A stretch of DNA of 64,000 nt from Felis catus (GCF_018350175.1 NC_058368.1:47308001-47372000); one strand, 5' to 3'; numbered from the stretch's first letter, positions 12,941-26,899 are shown. Notes: a model not told the origin generated them from the letters alone. Numbers and translations: made by a program.

Positions 12941-13715
12941 TGTGATGAGCATCTGTTCTTTTTGCCTGTCCAGCATTCATTCCCCCTTCTTCAGAGGACA
13001 GTGGCAATAAAAGAGTCCTCTTTCCTTTTGGAATACCAGCCTGTCCCTACTTTTGGTTAAGATAGGGATAACCCCAAGCCAGGTTGGGCCAGTAACTAAA
13101 CAATCCATATATTCCATCCCCTTGGATAAACTGATAGAGTAGGGGAAAGTCATATGACCCTAGACAGTAATATGAGGCACAACTACGAACGAAAAGTTCC
13201 ATATCTGCCAGATTTGAAGCTGGTTAAGTGAAGGACTGGAATTACCTAGGCCATGACGAGGCATGAGTTTGTCTGAGACTTTAATCAACAGACAAGAGAC
13301 AAGTTTGGACAAGGGCTGTGGCAAAGAACAAGAGAAAAAGACCAAGCCCTAATTGACTTTTTTTGAGTCCCTGGATACAGCTAGGCCTGACTTTTCAAAT
13401 ATCTGACCTAATAAATCCTCTGAGACTTCAGCCAGTTTGAGACAGACTTCTATTATTCAGAACCAAAATAATCTTTTTTTTTTAATTTTTTTAATGTTTA
13501 TTTTTGAGACAGAGAGAGACAGAGCATGAACAGGGGAGGGTCAGAGAGAGGAGACACAGAATTGGAAGCAGGCTCCAGGCTCCGAGCTGTCAGCACAGAG
13601 CCCGACACGGGGCTTGAACTCACAGACCGTGAGATCATGACCTGAGCCGAAGTCGGACGCTTAACCGACTGAGCCACCCAGGCGCCCCAGAACCAAAATA
13701 GTCTTGAATGATTCT
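12941..13715 (+). mobile_element. ERVL-class solo LTR (LTR33/LTR16-like), interrupted by a SINE
   Basis: Starts tgtgatgagcatctgttctttttgcctgtccagcattcattccccc; has ccctggatacagcta, an aataaa signal and ends aaccaaaatagtcttgaatgat. Confidence 0.65.
13474..13688 (-). mobile_element. Can-SINE (SINEC)
   Basis: Full body; TSD agaaccaaaata(a/g)tctt. Confidence 0.97.
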
Positions 13716-16009
13716 AAATCTAAGACACAAGTCATTACAAGAGCAAAGAAACTAATACTACATAATTAGTAGATATATTTCATCCAGAAAAAAACTAAGT
13801 ATGAAAATGGGGTCTAAAAACTCGAAATTTGCAAAATACAGGGTCACGTTTTACAAGATGAACCAGGCGACTGGAATGAGCCTGCAAAGCCAGGGGTGTT
13901 CCCAGATTTGGCTGCATGAATGCAACCCAACCTGTGTCAGCTGCTGCCTTCTGCTCTGCAAGGAGGGGTCCATTTTGTCTTACACACTGACTCTACGTAC
14001 TCTGGCTGGTTGGCACTCCTAGGACAAGCAGCAGTGATTCTATGACTCTGCTGCTTAGTTGGAAGCTGTTTTGTTGGTCTGATCCTGGGCGACTGGGCTA
14101 GACAGATACTGGGGAACCAGGGGCCACCCTGTCAGGGAACTTCTGACAACTCTTTTCCCCATCCAGCCCCACTGTCCCCTCCCCGCACTCTCTCCCATAG
14201 AAGAGAAGAATCTGAGTTGAGAACAGGGGCTAGGCAGAGGAATATATCCAGTTAGCTCCATTGCAAGGTTTGCTACAACTGAGTTAGTGAGCTCTTACTC
14301 TAGGACAGACACCATGTAAAATATATACATAAAATATGATTTAATCCTAAGTCTGCATAAGGTAGATACTATTAGTATGGCCATTTCATAGGTGAAGAAA
14401 TTATCCACTCTCCAACAGAAATGACCCTGGATGCTCCATTTAGAGCCCCTCATTGTACATGTGAGGACCATGAGGCATAAGTGGTCTGGCCCAAGGGCAT
14501 CAAGCAAATCAATGAGGTCAGAGCTTAAACCCAGCCTTCCTGACTCTGTTCTCCTTTCTCTCCATTGGGCTCACTTTGCCCTTTGGCTTTCTGTCCCACA
14601 GCACCTAAGAACAGACATAGAAATTGGGCAAGACTAATTTTTGACAATCACAAACAGAGACAGAATGCCAAGCTTAAAAACCAGAGAAGGGAATTGATAA
14701 AGTTTGGGGAATAAGCCACTTTGGTATCTGGTAAAGCATATGAGAGAGAAGACACAGACCCTGCCTCCTCAGAGGAGAAAAAGAAGCGAGTAGAAGGAAC
14801 AACTCACATCCTTATGTTCAACTGTCATATTTACAATCTCCCCCTTTTAAGTATGAAAATAACCTTGATAAGGGAAATATCCATGGGAAAAAAAATTCAG
14901 GAATTGTTAAGAACATGGAATAATGAGATTAAGTGTCAAAAGGGTTAGTCTTTTTCCTGTTTATCAAACAACATCCAGTAAGACAGTCAAGAATATGTAA
15001 CTGCAAGCAGCGGTTAAGTGAGTGGGTAGAAATCAGGCATTGTGAGATAAGGGTGATTCAGAAAAATCAAAATAATAGAGACAGTGGGTATTTTACTCAC
15101 CTACTTAAGGCCAGTTTAAAAGCCCAAGTCAGGGAAGTTGGTACTTGAGAGGATGTCTATGGGTGAGTGAACCGGGGTCACTCCGTGTGTGCTCCCACTC
15201 CATACCCTCCTAAAGAAAAGCATTAAAAGGAAGAAATGGCCAGTTTCTCACCTTTCTTAATGTATCACAAGGATCAGATCCAAGCACAAATCTCTCTTAA
15301 AGAGCTTGGATAAGCACCACAGGGTGCCGAGTAAAACAGACACAAAGAACCCCAAGGTGGCTTATTTAACTAGCTAATTGTTAACTGGTAGGAGGTGGGT
15401 GAGGGCAAGCAGAGGGAATGGGCCCGCCTTCTGCGTGAATGAATTCAGCACATGGAATCCATGTTCATATTGACATTTATAACTTACAGAATTTCTATGT
15501 CATTGACCCCAAGCTGATAAACAAAATTACAAAGTTCATTTTAATTTCACAGACTTGGCCGATCTCATCAGTCTCTCCATTAGGTTTTCATATTAAAAGA
15601 AAGAGAAAAAGAAATGAGAAAGCATATGTTTATAGCCAAGAATAAATATAACAATCATAAAGGAAATAAAAAAGGAAAACTGACCTTGGCACAGTTGCTT
15701 AAATTTTTCCACCTTTCCCATATGGACAGTTTCCAAGTTCTACCATTTCAAAGAAAACACCTCATCGAAGAACACGTAATTGCATGTTGTTTCCATTCTT
15801 TAAATGTGGGAAATGAAGCCTTTTCACATTCACATCATCAGCTGTGCCCCAGGAAACCTTCCATTCTTTCCAAATTAGTTTTTGTATCATTAAACCAATC
15901 AGCATTAGGTGCTTAGGATTATTTTCTGGAATAAACCCTGAATCATTACCTACATCATGTATGTAATAAAGTCAAATAATGACATCATTATATAGCACAT
16001 GAGCACTGA

Positions 16010-16105
16010 CCCTAAATGACCAGGACCTAAAAGAAATCAGGGCAGTCCTAATAAGAATCAGGCAGGATGCCTAATGAAAATCAAACAGCAGGCCTAATAA
16101 GAAAC
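16010..16105. repeat. Degenerate ~22-bp minisatellite
   Basis: 4-5 units of about cctaat(a/g)agaatcaggcag. Confidence 0.7.
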
Positions 16106-16985
16106 AATGTATTTTGCCTCTCCTTCAAATTCACTTTTGATTTGCTTTTCATGAGAATCCCTGTTTGAAGTAGAGCTCCCGCAGGCTAGAATTCTCAGAG
16201 CTCACTCTGAGATGAGTAACTCCCAGGTGGTTCTCTGGGCCATTTGATCTGGGACAAGAACCACTCACTCATGCAGTAAGTATTTGTAGGGCATTTACCA
16301 TAACATAGCCTTCAACTTGGCTGGTTTTTTATTCTACAAATATTATTGAGTGCCCGTGTAAGCATGGATGGTGCTAGACTCCGAAATCTAATCAATAAAT
16401 AAGAATTGTCATAGATATCACTTAAAGTGTATTTATTACATGCCAGGCACAAATACATATGCATGATTTATTAATAATTTCATATTCCCAGCAGCACCAT
16501 GAGGAAATGTATGTTTTGCCCTATGTTTCATGGAAAGTAAGGCTAATCAAGATTATAAGACTTGTCCAAGGTCATACGGCTGGAGAGGGGTAGAGATGGT
16601 GGGAAAAATTCAGCCTGTGTCCAGCTCAAGCAGTGCATTATATTCTATGGGAACTATTTGAAATTGCTGACATTGAACCATTATTTGACATACAAAAATG
16701 ACAAATGGAATTTTCCTGAGGAGAGCTGAGGGTATGATAGTGAAGATAGGATATAAGTATAAACCACAAGAGGTAATTTGCAGTATGATGATTCCCCACA
16801 TCACCAGGTGAGTGTGCCCAGCCTGCTCCCAACCTTCCCGGTCACCATCCCGCAGCCTTATCTGTGAGCCCAACTCTCTTCACTTCCAGCACAGCTATCA
16901 TGTGCTCTTCTGTGTCCTCCTGTCCCTCATTCTGACCGAGACCCCAACCACTCTCATCATAATTCCTCTAGTCTTAGGATTGAAA

Positions 16986-16988
<3 letters not shown>

Positions 16989-17020
<32 letters not shown>
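16989..17020 (+). repeat. Poly(A) tract
   Basis: Uninterrupted run of about 32 A. Confidence 0.99.
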
Positions 17021-17022
<2 letters not shown>

Positions 17023-17049
17023 TTGGCCAAAATTGGCCCTGCCACAGAA

Positions 17050-17323
17050 TGTAAACTGGTTGAGCCACTCTGGAAAACAGTATGGAGGTTCCTCAAAAAA
17101 TTAAAAATAGAACTACCCTACGACCCAGCAATTGCACTACGAGGCATTTATCCAAGGGATACAGGAGTGCAGGGTCGAAGGGATATGCACCCCAATGTTT
17201 ATAGCGGCATTATCAGCAGTAGCCAAAGTATGAAAAGAGTCCAAATGTCCATCGATGGATGAATGGATAAAGAAGATGTGGTGTGTATATATATATGTAT
17301 ATGTATATATACATATATATATG

Positions 17324-17356
<33 letters not shown>

Positions 17357-17784
17357 ATACATACAGTGGAGTATTACTCGGCAATCAGAATGAAATCTTG
17401 CCATTTGCAACCACATGGATGGGACTAGAGGGTAGTATGCTAAGCGAAGTTAGTCATTCAGAGAAAGACAAATATCATATGAATTCACTCATATGGGGAC
17501 TTTAAGACACAGAACAGATGAACACAAGGAAAGGGAAGCAAAAATAATATAAAAACAGGGAGGGGGACAAAACAGAAGAGACTCTTAAATATGGAGAACA
17601 AACTGAGGGTTACCGGAGGGGTTGTGGGAGGGGGGACAGGCTAAATGGGTAAGGGGCATTAAGGAATCTACTCCTGAAATCACTGTTGCACTATATGCTA
17701 ACTTGGATGTAAGTTTTTAAAATAAAGTGAAAAAAATGACAAAAATGGAAAAAAATATATATACATACTAAAAAAAATTTTTGT
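17050..17784 (+). mobile_element. 5'-truncated carnivore/felid L1
   Basis: ORF2 C-terminus ([25 protein letters not shown]); 3' UTR like that at 60570-60812; TSD cctgccacagaa at 17038-17049 and 17785-17796; internal (TA)n. Confidence 0.96.
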
Positions 17785-20154
17785 CCTGCCACAGAAGTAG
17801 CAGCAAATGGCCCGGACAGAGAGGACCTGGTGTGTGTCAAAGGAGAACAAGGCCAAGCACAAGTAGGATGTCAATCACAGGTAGGATGTCAACCAGATTT
17901 TTGCAACATTCTTTCATGCAGATTATTTATGAACTTGATTGTGTGATTTAGGTTTGGTAATGCACCTTGCAAATCTCAAATAATGGATATAATACAGGCA
18001 TCCATGTGCTTTGACAATACATAAGTTATTTTTTTAAAAGATGGAAAATTTCTCTCTTCTGTGAACGGTGGTTGAGCTCCAAATGATCCAAGCCTCTCAC
18101 CTCCACTCTTCCTACTCCATGTATTCCACTAGTAACTCAAGATGCATGAGCCTCGAGGAAGATTAGACTTACTTATCTCCATACGTTAAGGATGAAAACA
18201 TTGATGAAACTGTTAATTAAAATAATTGTTACATAGAATTCTACCTTTTGCTTCTGAGACTCTCAGCCTTTTGAAAGCAAGGACCACACCTTGAATGCTG
18301 ACTTTTTCACACATTAAATAACACACCACAAAAATGTTGCTTGGTTGCTTTGTTTAAGCCTCTGGTAGTATTGGTAACTACTTGAGAGAGAAACCAAGTA
18401 AGAAATTGTGTTTGTAGCCTTGGTGTTTGTAATCAGAAAAGGGCTGAGTTGCAGGAAACAATGTTTTATCAGTCAACCATTAAAAATATTCCACATAGGA
18501 TTAGGTCTATGCAGAGCCCAAACTGACCAACATGAAATACTTCATCTCCTTGGACAACACATCCCGTAAATTATGAAAAGAAAATGGTATTTTATGAGAG
18601 CCAGGCAACCTCATTTTCTAGGCAGCACATTTCATTCATATTGCGGTTATTAATAGGTCACTTACAGGATTCATGACTGGTGCCACTGCGTGAAGGTACC
18701 CATACATGGACAATCACCGTGGCGAAAAGTAGTATATCTCAGTTCTTTCCAGAGCGGTAACTTTATCAAAACTATCACAGGTGTCCTTTGAACTCTACTC
18801 AAACATTTTCTAATTGGATTTTAGGTTGTGTTCACCAGCGTCCCTATAAGCGCTTTTTTTTTTTTAAACTTCAAGATTTTCCAAATCTCCTTTTCACTAA
18901 TGAATTTTACCTGCTTAAGTTAACATTTCCTCCGTGGATTACTGCATGTAAAAGTGCCCGGTTGTCCTTTTATAATTCTCGAATCAGCTAGTCTTTTGCA
19001 TGAGCAAACATATTCAATATTTTTAAAATTAGAAGTTGAAGAACACACAGGATGAGATGTCACTATGAACGGAGCTAGGACAGATAATTAAGGATTAAAA
19101 TCTAAACTATTACCTTTCACACGAGGTAGAGCAAGAAGCAGGGATGGCTTCCATCACCTTAGAGAAATACAGATACAATGTACCAGACAAGGCATTCTGT
19201 AGTTTTCATTATAAAGTTAATATTTATCTTATAGCATTGAGTTTATCTTACCAACAGATCTCATTCAGAAAAGGAAGAATTTCTTGATTTACCACATTAA
19301 AGTAAATATTGCTACGAGATACATGTTAAATTTTTAATAAAATCACCCTATCTGTGTTGGATCAGAGAGCTGCTTGAGCTGAGATACAAACAAAACCAAA
19401 TAAAAATACATAATTCCAAATACTGAGCATCGCTGCACATGTTGACCAGCCCGCCCATGACGATTGCAGTTTTATGTGACCAGGCATTTCAGAGCTTCAA
19501 CTAAGTTTATTATAAGCCATAATCTTAGAACTAAAATGGGCAATTACTTGTAATGCTGACCCACAGGATAGCGTTTCAGGACTGCACACTCCCCTTGCTT
19601 GAACTGTGCCCCCCCCCCAAAGGCACCAAAGTGAAATTCAATTCAATTAGATTTACAAACATCATCCTTTGCCCTGTGCAGATATATTTTTAGTATGGAA
19701 GATTTATTAGCGTGGGGTGTTTATCTTTGCACAGGATAGAGTTCGATGTAAAACCCAGTTTGTTTCCACTCATCCTATATTCTTGAAGTTAGCAATAAAA
19801 ATCCTATTACTGAAGAGAAAAAAACAACCTGATGGAGTGATCCTGATTCCCTCCCTCATATACAGGAGAATGAGAACTGAGCAAGCCCAGGAAGGCTTCA
19901 CATCTTTATGAAGTAATTCTCCATCAGCCTGCTGTTAACACTCATGGAATTTCTTTCCATCCTGGAATAAGCTGCATAGAGACCACAAGAAAAAATGGAC
20001 ATAGAAGAGAGCTCTGCTTCAAACCTTCAGGTTCAGAAGCAAACAATGAGGTTAAATCCTCAAAACATAGTATATAAGTTAAATATCTATATTCAAGACT
20101 ACATATCACCTCAGCCTGGCCTCCTTTACATGATTCCCTATGATAGAAAACACC

Positions 20155-20400
20155 ACTGGTCTTAAGGCCACAGACTCTACGGCCAGATTGCCATGCATTT
20201 GAATCCCAGTGCTGCCACTTACTAGCTGTGTGACCTTGGGGAAGTTACATAACCTCTCTGGGTCTGGATATCCTTGTCTATGAAATGAAGATTATAATTA
20301 TATCTGCCTCCTAGAGTTGACATGCGCTTTAAATGACTTAATATTTGTTAGGCTCCTGGAAAGAGTCTGGCACACGGTAAACGGCACTGTAAAAGTATTT
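20155..20400 (+). mobile_element. MIR SINE
   Basis: gaatcccagtgctgccacttactagctgtgtgaccttggggaagttac core. Confidence 0.9.
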
Positions 20401-20589
20401 GTTACAAAAGGTAAAATGTTGGTTCTACCAGCTTCCTTGATTTATATGGTCAGAGAACTGGAGATAAATTCAAACACTACCTCTTGCTCCAATTCCATGC
20501 ATTTTTCCCTCCCTCTGCCCAACTCATTAGTCTTTTAATCACAGTCAGAGGTACTTTTCGTTTAATAACAAGAAAAGCTAAAGTTTAGT

Positions 20590-20770
20590 AAACACTCGGT
20601 ATGTGCTAGGTTGATTATCTCATTCAGTCCTCACAAAAACCAGTGAAATTGGTGTTATTAATATCCCCATTTAACACTGAATAAATCGTTATCCCCACTT
20701 AACAAAAAATGGTTACGTAAATTATCCAAGATAATACAGTATGGAGCAGAACTAGGATTAGAACCCAGAG
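20590..20770 (-). mobile_element. MIR SINE
   Basis: ctcattcagtcctcac..tatccccatttaacactga..gaactaggattagaacccag. Confidence 0.65.
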
Positions 20771-21150
20771 ATATATATGAAGATATATTTTCTTCATAGA
20801 AAGAAAATATTTTCTTTGAAGAAAGAAAATATGAAGAAAATATATCTTACCATAAGCTATTCCCTAATGAAATGACCTCTTACAAAACTAATCCTCATTT
20901 AAAACTCCCTCCTATCCTAGTCAAACTCACTCTATAACAGCTAATATCCAGAAAACATGCAAATCCATAAGAATGAATGATTGTTGTTTTAAGCCACTAA
21001 GTTTTGGGATGCTTCTTTTATAGGATGTTAATAGCCAAAGCTCACTGATACAAGCTCTTTGTATGCTTTTGATAAATGGAAACAACCTCAAATTTGAAAC
21101 TGCTTTTAAACTACAAAACATACACTCACTGATTTTAGGCTGATTGTTGG

Positions 21151-21367
21151 TTTTTTTTTAATGTTTATTTATTTTTGAGACAGGGAGAGACAGAGCATGA
21201 ATGGGGGAGGGTCAGAGAGAGAAGGAGACACAGAATCCGAAACAGGCTCCAGGCTCTGAGCCATCAGCACAGAGCCCAACGCGGGGCTCAAACTCATGGA
21301 CCGGACTGCGAGATCATGACCTGAGCTGAAGTCGGATGCTTAACCGACTGAGCCACCCAGGTGCCCC
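21151..21367 (-). mobile_element. Can-SINE (SINEC)
   Basis: Full body; degenerate TSD tttagg(c/t)tgat(t/g)gtt. Confidence 0.96.
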
Positions 21368-22514
21368 TTTAGGTTGATGGTTTAAATGCAACATGAATAC
21401 AGCTTCTCCTAGAATAACAACCCTTTTTCCTTAACACTACATCTCCCCATATTTCAAGTTAATGTGCTTTTATAAACAACAGCAAAATGAAATTGCAAAT
21501 TTTACAAAAGATCCAGGATTCCATGAAGTCAAAGAAAGTGCTATCATAAAACTCTTCATAGGATAGGCAAAGCCAACAACCAAAATAATCAGAAAGGGTT
21601 CAGCCAGTCAACAAAGAAGAGAAATGTCAGCAAGTGTGATGATGCAATAAGTGTTTTCAGAGACATCAATACAAGTATCAAAGAACCAAGGGATGCCCTA
21701 CAAAAAGTGATCATCTTTGAATAATCTTACAAAAATGATTTCTTTTATGATCAAACCATGCAAATAAGCCAAGACAGCAACTCTTCCTCCAGGAGACAGA
21801 GCTGAACTAGCAGAATGCAAGTGGGATTCTGCCCAAAAGAAAAATACTTGATACATTTTTTGGTGTATATTTGAAAATAAAATCTAAAGTAGGTTAAAAA
21901 TAGGAGCAGTTGACCATATTTTTATAATTCTTAATTTTATTGGTCATGACAAAAGCCCACTCAAGCTATTTTTACCTGATCACATTTTGACCGGCATTTT
22001 TAAGTGGATTCACTTGAAGAAGCTTTTGTTTTCCAAGACCGATTATTCTCAGATAATGAGGAGGACTTCTTCCCCTACATTTCTCTATAAGAGTTTCCAA
22101 AAAGTAAACTCAACTAAGTCATCAAAAGATTATAACAAGAGTAATTCTGCTATCTGGTGGCAATACACATAAATAACAATAGCAAGTGATGAGATTGTAA
22201 GTACCAACGAATGGGTCTAATTTTTATTACATTTTCCAAAAAATGACAAACTTTCTAATCTGAATGAAAAACAAACTACTTAAGTTTAGTTAAAGAATCA
22301 TTAACATTAGAGGGGGGAAAAAAGAAAGGAAGGGGGTAGAATATCATTAAATACTGTGTTAGGTACTTTAGAGAACTTGCATACAATTTCAGAGAACATT
22401 TGGGTCACAAAGACCTTCCTTCACCAATAAAGAACAACTCTCCAAAGCAATTCAATTACCACAAAGATAAACTGGTCAATTTGCCATTGTGATATAAAAT
22501 GTCTCCTCTGACTT

Positions 22515-22680
22515 AGAATCATACAAAATGAATTTGAGAGCAGGAAGAGATCTTAAACATCATCTAGCCTGACATTCTCATTTTACAGATGAAAAGACAG
22601 AATCCAGGAGATTAAATGATTTGTCTAAGACCATGCAACTGGTTAGAGTCAATGCAGGGTCTAGAATGTAAGTTGCAACT
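22515..22680 (-). mobile_element. MIR-family SINE
   Basis: ctcattttacagatgaaaagacaga core. Confidence 0.75.
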
Positions 22681-23011
22681 TGAGGGCCAATGGAATTCTT
22701 CCCTTCTCTTCACTGAGAAGAGGCGGCAGAGTTACCAAAGAGAAATTTGACCAAAGCCCATGTCACCTCATGTTTTCCTCATTGAGCCCATTTCTCCTAT
22801 TTGAAAAGAGGTCATGGGCTATATCCACAATGAGTTCAGTATTGTTTATCATACTCAAACACAGCAGAGTCTTAAACCCTCAAAGCAAGATTGCAGGTGA
22901 TCCTTTGTGTGGCTGGATCAATACCTTGGCAGGTGATCCAGCCAAGGCAGCCTATGGATTTCATCCCCCACCCACCCCCATGGTGGGTGCCGTAGCAGAA
23001 CACAGCCTGAA

Positions 23012-23183
23012 CAATGGTCTCAAAATATGGTCCTGGACCAGCAGCATCAATATCATCTGAGAACTTGTTAGAAATGCACAGTCTTGGGTCCTATCCTAGT
23101 CCTAGATCTGAAGGTGGTGCCCCAGTGTGTGTTAACAAGCCCTTCGGGTGTTTCTACTGTCTACTAAAGTTTAAAACTGACTG
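23012..23183. mobile_element. MER5A (hAT-Charlie) DNA transposon
   Basis: ggaccagcagcatcaatatcatctgagaacttgttagaaatgca..ttaacaagccctt..ctaaagtttaaaactgactg. Confidence 0.85.
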
Positions 23184-23963
23184 CTGTACACAACCTATAC
23201 ATCCAGTGGCTACCTTAATAAAATCTGAAGGCGCTCCACCTGAGCGCTGGTTTCCTCATCACACACAGAAATGCCAGCTCACTTGGCGACTGTATTTTCT
23301 TACCTAAATTTTGAAGTAGGAGCAGAAAACTTTCCTGATAGCAATTGTTTCAATTTGCTAGTGGAGTCCATTCCTACCTTTATTCAAGATTTGGGGGTTT
23401 TGTTTTGTTTTGTGTTGCTTTATTCCCAACAGATAATAAGTGTTCCTATCAATACAGAAATGATCAGGAGAGGGGAGGAAGTACCTCAAGAGCATAAGAA
23501 ATGGGACAAGAGATATCACCATTGCCTCCCTTTCCTCTTCCTTTTTTATTTTTTCCTCATGAAGCTCCATCTCAGCTTGGTCAGCCAAAACCATCCCTTC
23601 AACTACTCTTGGCCCTTGCTTCCACTAAATGCTGACGATAAAGCCCCTGTCCCTTCAGCTCCCATAACTGCCACCTCTTTACCTGCTGTGAAATCCAGTT
23701 TGCCTGCTAATTTGGCTGTTCTGTCCCTTAGTTTCAGAGGGTCAAGTAGTCTCAGTACCTTATAAGAAGCTTGAAGTCTAGTTAGGTCCATCTAACACCA
23801 AGAGAAAAAACTCAGGTCTGAGTAAGTTAAATTATTCACTTGCTGTACAGGTCTTTCTGTTAAAATAAATAAGATGATATTTTTTCTATTATGCTTTAGT
23901 TTTTCTTGCTTGAGCCCATCATTTTAGCCCCTCAAAATCAAGTTAAAGTTGGCTTTGTCGTTA

Positions 23964-24215
23964 TTTTTTTAAGTTTATTTATTTATTTTGAGAGAGAGAG
24001 CATGCAAATGAGCCAGGGAGGGGCAGAGAGAAAGGGAGAAAGGGAGAGAGAGAGAGAGAGAGAGACAGAGACAGAGAGAGAGACAGAGAGACAGAGAGAA
24101 TCCCAAGCAGGCTGCACAGAGCCCAATGCGGGACTTGAACTCACAAACCATGAGATCATGACCTGAGCTGAAACCAAGAGTCAGACACATAACCACTGAG
24201 CCACCCAGGCATCCC
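23964..24215 (-). mobile_element. Can-SINE with expanded (GA)n
   Basis: TSD agttgg(c/t)tttgtc(g/a)tta. Confidence 0.95.
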
Positions 24216-24454
24216 AGTTGGTTTTGTCATTATATGGCTATTCTTCCCAGCTTAGGTTCATCAAAAAATTTCCTAAGACTGCCTTTTGTATTTTCAACCA
24301 GACTCTGTTGAGAATAATCAGAGCTCTAATGTGCTCAGTACACCCGAGACCTTCCCTGAGGTTCTCATCAGACCTTGGTCTTGATGGTTCAATCCAAGTA
24401 ACAGTTTTATGATTCTCTCTGTATTTTAGTATCTTCAAAAAGATATGTCTTCTT

Positions 24455-24730
24455 ACAGCACCTAGTATATACCATGGTATGCTCTAGGTGCTAAGGATAT
24501 GACAGTTAAGAAAATGGAGTGGGAGGAAGGCATAGAACCTTTTCTCACAGGGCTTACATTCTAGAGGAACACACAAACTAAGTAATCAGATAATGTTTCG
24601 AATGACAGTAAGTACTACAGAGAAAAATGAAGCAGAGGTGGAGAATACAAAATGTTAAGAAAAGTAACAATTTAAAATAGGGTGACCAATAGAAGCTCAT
24701 TAAAAAGGGAGTATTTAAATATCTTGAGAT
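24455..24730 (-). mobile_element. L2 fragment
   Basis: ctctaggtgctaaggatatgacagt..ctcacagggcttacattctag. Confidence 0.6.
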
Positions 24731-26024
24731 ATTTACGTTTTGCTAAAACATTTGTTTGACATCACTAACTCTTTGTTAGCCCTGTTGATTTCTAAGAATT
24801 ACCGAAAACCACTCACTTTTAGATTACTCAAAAACTATTTATTTAACCATACTAAAATTCTGGAATTTTCTAGAGGTTAACACCAACCTTATAAATTGTA
24901 TTTTCCTGAATTTGCACTGTTTTCCCAGAATCAGTAATTTCAGAGATACCAGTAAGAAAACAATAGATGCTGGTAAATATAAAAATAGGTAGACTAAGCA
25001 ATGCCACATCTGCAGAACTATTTGTTTTCCAACAAGGAAAAATACCAGGGAAATTACTATTTAGAAAATATATTCTCCCCTTTGTGCCCTTTTCTACTGA
25101 AAGAAAAATATCACTGATGATGATGATGATGATGATGATTATAAGCCAGCTTCACAAACCCCTAAGAACTCAGCAATAAACTATAACATGGCTACATGGG
25201 TAGAAAAGAAAAATTGTGGGATAAAATACAGGATGAACCTTTAAAACATCTATTGCAGCAAACTGTATCCTTTTTGTCCCAGCCCAAACTAATACAGACA
25301 TCATTTATTTATCTACAACACCTCAAGTCCAATATAGAGTCTACATTGTCCAGTAGATGTCTTTTTATGCCACTTTGCACTTGGTTCACACAGGAACAAG
25401 TTCAAGTCATTTGGCCAAAGTCATATGCCAAGGGATTTCTGATTTTGTCTACTTAACAACTTCCCCTTCTTGTTGTATTCATCAGAATCCACTGTCTCTT
25501 TATAAATTCTCTACTCTGTTCTGCAGAAGACACTTAAAATCTTCAACTGCTTTTGGTCATTTTAATTCTCCAAAATTTGGCAGTTACACAAATTGCTTTA
25601 TGTCCAGTATAATCAGTTATATAAAAATGTCCCAAAATATGGGACATCATTGTAAGGGGAAAGGGGGAGGAATGTTGTGGGAATACTGGATGAATGAATG
25701 AATGAATGAATGAATAAATGCAAAGATAAATTTTAAAAACTTTATACAGAAAAAAATAACATATTTAAATCAGACTTCCCAGGGTCATGCACAAAATGTT
25801 GATGTATTCATTTTTGTTTGGGGAAGACATCCAGTGATAAGTCAAAAAACTGAGAAATAACGTCTTCCCAATATGCTATATTAAAGAATCCACAGACTAC
25901 TGATGAATCTTCAAACTATGCTGACCTCTGTGTGACAGAAAATCTAATTTTTTGCTATTTGGCAATTTTTCAAGATGATTGCTTCTGACTCTTAACTGTC
26001 TGTCAATTTAAAACTTACACTCTA

Positions 26025-26240
26025 GGGGTGCCTGAGTGGTTCAGTAGGTTAAGTGTCCAACTTTGGCTCATGTCATGATCTCATGGTTTGTGAGTTCAAG
26101 TCCTGTGTCAGGCTCTATGCTGACAGCTCAGAGTCTGGAGCCTGATTTGGATTCTGTGTCTCCCCTTCTCTCTGCCCTTCCCCTGCTTGTGCTCTGTCTC
26201 TCTCTCTCAAAAATAAACAAACATTAAAAAAATAAATAAA
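26025..26240 (+). mobile_element. Can-SINE (SINEC)
   Basis: ggggtgcctgagtggttcag head, (CT)n, A-rich tail. Confidence 0.96.
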
Positions 26241-26899
26241 ACTTAGATCATTCTAGAATTTTTCTCCATTCCTGAATTCTCTCCTCCGTTTTTTCCTGGG
26301 TTTAGGAATCATTCCTGGATTCAAATCCTGTCTCTTTGAAGTATGTGCTGAGTGCTGTGTGTGACTTGGGCCTATTATTTACCACACTGAAATTCATTTT
26401 ATACTTAAATGAAGTATAAAATTATATAGTATATATATAAAATATATATAGTATGAAAACTCTTCTAGAGTTTATTTTGAGAAATAGATAAATAAAAAAG
26501 ATGATACGACTCACAGTAATTGTTAAATCAATGTTAGTTGTACTCCTTCCTCATCAGAAACTTTCCTTGTTTGCTTAAACCAACATTTCTTATTCCACAA
26601 GTTTTACAGGATAGTTGTCAAAAATCTAGAAATTGGGGATAAATAAAATGAAGAAAATTTAAGTTATTCATATTCCTCATAACCAGAGACAATCGGGTTA
26701 ACAGTTTGTGTATATCTTTCCAATCCTTCCTTCTACAGGTACATAGAATACTGACTTTTTAAAAAATTATATCACTTACTTAATTCATGATTAAAGTGTA
26801 GTATACATACAAGAAAGTACATAAATCATAAATATTCACAAAGTGAAAACACCTGCTGTCACTGCTCTGGTTGTGCATCTGGACTTACCAGTGCATCAG

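Noticed and set aside
16010..16105. CRISPR-like array
   Set aside because: Mammalian context, degenerate abutting units, no unique spacers and no cas genes.
16989..17020. Processed pseudogene ending in this poly(A)
   Set aside because: No upstream ORF, aataaa signal or TSD found.
18659..18850. Minus-strand coding exon ending at gtaagtg, in a mildly CpG-rich patch
   Set aside because: Stops in all three frames and no convincing polypyrimidine acceptor.
23271..23765. 164-aa ORF as a host gene
   Set aside because: No recognisable domain, low-complexity composition and no splice context; consistent with a chance ORF.
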